Shown here: one piece after another, positions 24,800 through 26,366 of the stretch
Layout: every line of letters starts with the position of its first letter
Position numbering within the stretch: position 1 is the stretch's first letter
Origin: a virus
Taxonomy: Duplodnaviria; Caudoviricetes
DNA: 26,366 nucleotides
IMG/VR virus record: IMGVR_UViG_3300031741_000017
Span: 1-26,366 of that record
Direction: 5' to 3' (one strand)
Notes under the pieces: model-generated
The model's input: only the letters and a program-made list of their open reading frames with translations
What the model was told of the DNA's origin: nothing
The model's database searches: none
Program-made: the position numbers and the translations under genes

Positions 24800-25207
24800 T
24801 TAGAAAGGTATGGAATCTTCTACATCATCTCGTACTTCTGTTTCTTGAACATTATTTTCTTTCTTACTATCAAGTAATTGAATAACACTGTTAAAACCTT
24901 GTAAAACTATTTCAGTTGTGTATTTTTCAACTCCTTGTTTATCAGTCCATTTACGAGTTTGTAATTTTCCTTCTAAATAAACCTTACTACCTTTCTTTAA
25001 ATAACTCTTGCATATACCAACAAGTCCCGCTGAAAAAACAACAATATTCATCCACTCAGTTTTGTCTTTTTTATCTCCTGTTTGTTTGTCTTTCCATGAC
25101 TCAGTCATTGCTAAACTAAAACTAGCAACTTCATTACCGTTTGTCATTGTGCGGATTTCTGGATCTTTACCTAGGTGTCCAAGTCCTATAAATTTATTTA
25201 CACTCAT
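24800..25207 (-). CDS. ssb: single-stranded DNA-binding protein
   Basis: SVNK..G.LGKDPEIR, KTEW, KKGSKVYLEGKLQTRKW, YTTEIV and acidic EDSIPF tail. Confidence 0.97.
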   Translation of the reverse strand: MSVNKFIGLGHLGKDPEIRTMTNGNEVASFSLAMTESWKDKQTGDKKDKTEWMNIVVFSAGLVGICKSYLKKGSKVYLEGKLQTRKWTDKQGVEKYTTEIVLQGFNSVIQLLDSKKENNVQETEVRDDVEDSIPF

Positions 25208-25386
25208 TTTTTAGTTCTCCTTTTTATTAATTCTTTTATTATAAGATATATGTCATATATTTTTATTTTAATTCCAAGAAAAAAATAATATATTTTTCTT
25301 CCATATTTCCCAGTTATGAATACTAAATAAGTTAAATTATTTATTTTAGTATAATGCTCCATACGTTTGAATATCTTTCTCAACAT
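25204..25386 (-). CDS. hypothetical protein
   Basis: 60 aa; TAATG and ATGA overlaps with neighbours. Confidence 0.45.
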   Translation of the reverse strand: MLRKIFKRMEHYTKINNLTYLVFITGKYGRKIYYFFLGIKIKIYDIYLIIKELIKRRTKK

Positions 25387-25691
25387 TAAAATACCAATCC
25401 GATTGATAAACCTGTACTAGCAAATAAAACACTATTCCAGATAAGTAATCTACGTAGTTTTTTACTATCTTCCACTTTCTCATGAGCAGCTGCATTAGTA
25501 CACATACACATTAATTTTAGTTTTTGATTGTTATGTGTATTTTTACCTTCTTTTATTTGTCTTGAGAATGTTTCAGCTATTCTAACAAGTGTATAAAATC
25601 TAGTTTCAAAATCAGAGTATATTTTTACTCCGAGTCTTTTGTCGTAAACATCTCCTTTTAGATCTGTTTCTAAGTTTTTATCTTCTTTCAT
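25386..25691 (-). CDS. hypothetical protein with C-terminal hydrophobic anchor
   Basis: 101 aa ending LLIWNSVLFASTGLSIGLVF. Confidence 0.6.
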   Translation of the reverse strand: MKEDKNLETDLKGDVYDKRLGVKIYSDFETRFYTLVRIAETFSRQIKEGKNTHNNQKLKLMCMCTNAAAHEKVEDSKKLRRLLIWNSVLFASTGLSIGLVF

Positions 25692-26137
25692 ATTTTACCT
25701 TTGTTTTTATCGTAATAATTAATTAGTTCTTGCATATCAATACTTTCAATGTAGCAGTTCTTGATACCTCTCTCTTGTCCGTAACACTCTATAGTCTTTA
25801 TAAATCTTATCATGTCATCTTTTGACATATACTTTAATGACTTGGTTACTTTACATCCATTTCCTAAATCTGTATAGTATTTAAACTGTAGCTTCATTGC
25901 TTCTATTATTCTTCTTTCATCCCAGTATTCATCTGGTACATGTTCTTTGAATAAAGGGATAAGAGTTTTACACAATCTATACACACTTTTCAATTGACCA
26001 TAACTTTTTAGTTCCTTTGATACTTCTTCCATACTTTTCACAATAACATCAACATACTTGCTTTCACTATCTTTTATAGCTTTTTGTGCAAGCATTTTTA
26101 GATTAGTAGGACTGAGTTGCTCTGGTTTAAATATCAT
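25688..26137 (-). CDS. NinB/YbcN-like recombination protein
   Basis: KS..Q....Y and S...MSKDDM..FI..I..YG.ERGI resemble the NinB RS..QN and ST..M...E...LIE.I.A.G.E.GV pattern; close to ssb. Confidence 0.6.
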   Translation of the reverse strand: MIFKPEQLSPTNLKMLAQKAIKDSESKYVDVIVKSMEEVSKELKSYGQLKSVYRLCKTLIPLFKEHVPDEYWDERRIIEAMKLQFKYYTDLGNGCKVTKSLKYMSKDDMIRFIKTIECYGQERGIKNCYIESIDMQELINYYDKNKGKI

Positions 26138-26364
26138 TTTCTTTCATTTGTATTAAAGTTAATTTCTTCTAAAAAATCTAGCTTACTGTCTATAGATTCA
26201 AGCAGGGATATTAACGTACTTTTTTTATTTTCTTTTGGTTTTTCTTCTAATACACTTATTTTCCAAATATCGTGATCTATACAATTATCTCTCAACCAAA
26301 CTTCTGCTTCTTCTTTATTGTCTTTTTCTATTATTATATATGCATCTTTAATAAAGATATATTC
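26134..26364 (-). CDS. hypothetical protein, 5' truncated by the window edge
   Basis: Open frame EYIFIKDAYIIIEKDNKEEAEVWLRD...NTNERK; its TGA overlaps the ATG of the NinB-like gene. Confidence 0.6.
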   Translation of the reverse strand, partial: EYIFIKDAYIIIEKDNKEEAEVWLRDNCIDHDIWKISVLEEKPKENKKSTLISLLESIDSKLDFLEEINFNTNERK

Positions 26365-26366
26365 TG

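Noticed and set aside
20133-25214. Plus-strand ORFs inside the early block (20133, 20201, 20950, 22417, 22884, 23293, 24916, 25008)
   Set aside because: Antisense to motif-bearing genes; their peptide repeats only mirror the 21-bp tandem repeat.
1-26366. Stop-codon reassignment
   Set aside because: Long conserved genes are intact in the standard code and TAA, TAG and TGA all end genes at sensible, often overlapping, boundaries.

Overview
AT-rich fragment of a short-tailed (podovirus-like) dsDNA phage or prophage made of two convergent blocks. Plus strand (1-19352) is a late operon with BPP-1/epsilon15/T7-type architecture: 3' part of the major capsid gene, Bbp16-like cement protein, tail adaptor and nozzle, gp13/gp14/gp15-like internal virion proteins, a 1702-aa polyvalent ejection protein carrying an ADP-ribosyltransferase-like domain and a HEXXH metallopeptidase, two tail fibre genes, and a lysis region (holin-like, overlapping Rz/Rz1 spanins, DUF5675 endolysin-like). 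Minus strand (19508-26366) is an early/middle block: DNA amino-methyltransferase with an internal 21-bp tandem repeat, dATP/dGTP diphosphohydrolase (DUF5664), Pol-beta-type nucleotidyltransferase, GNAT, two PD-(D/E)XK nucleases, an alphaproteobacterial-type SSB and a NinB-like gene. The least explained parts are: (i) two small triple-helix half-transporter-like genes (SemiSWEET/PQ-loop and PnuC-like) bracketing the lysis cassette; (ii) the convergence zone 19350-19930, with a multi-hairpin tract containing a CRISPR-repeat-like unit, a palindromic bidirectional sigma70 promoter and a small plus-strand transcription unit (leaderless 15-aa ORF or sRNA plus terminator); (iii) an IHF-site/palindrome/TGTTAC-repeat element next to ssb. 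All family calls come from motif recognition by eye; no searches were run.
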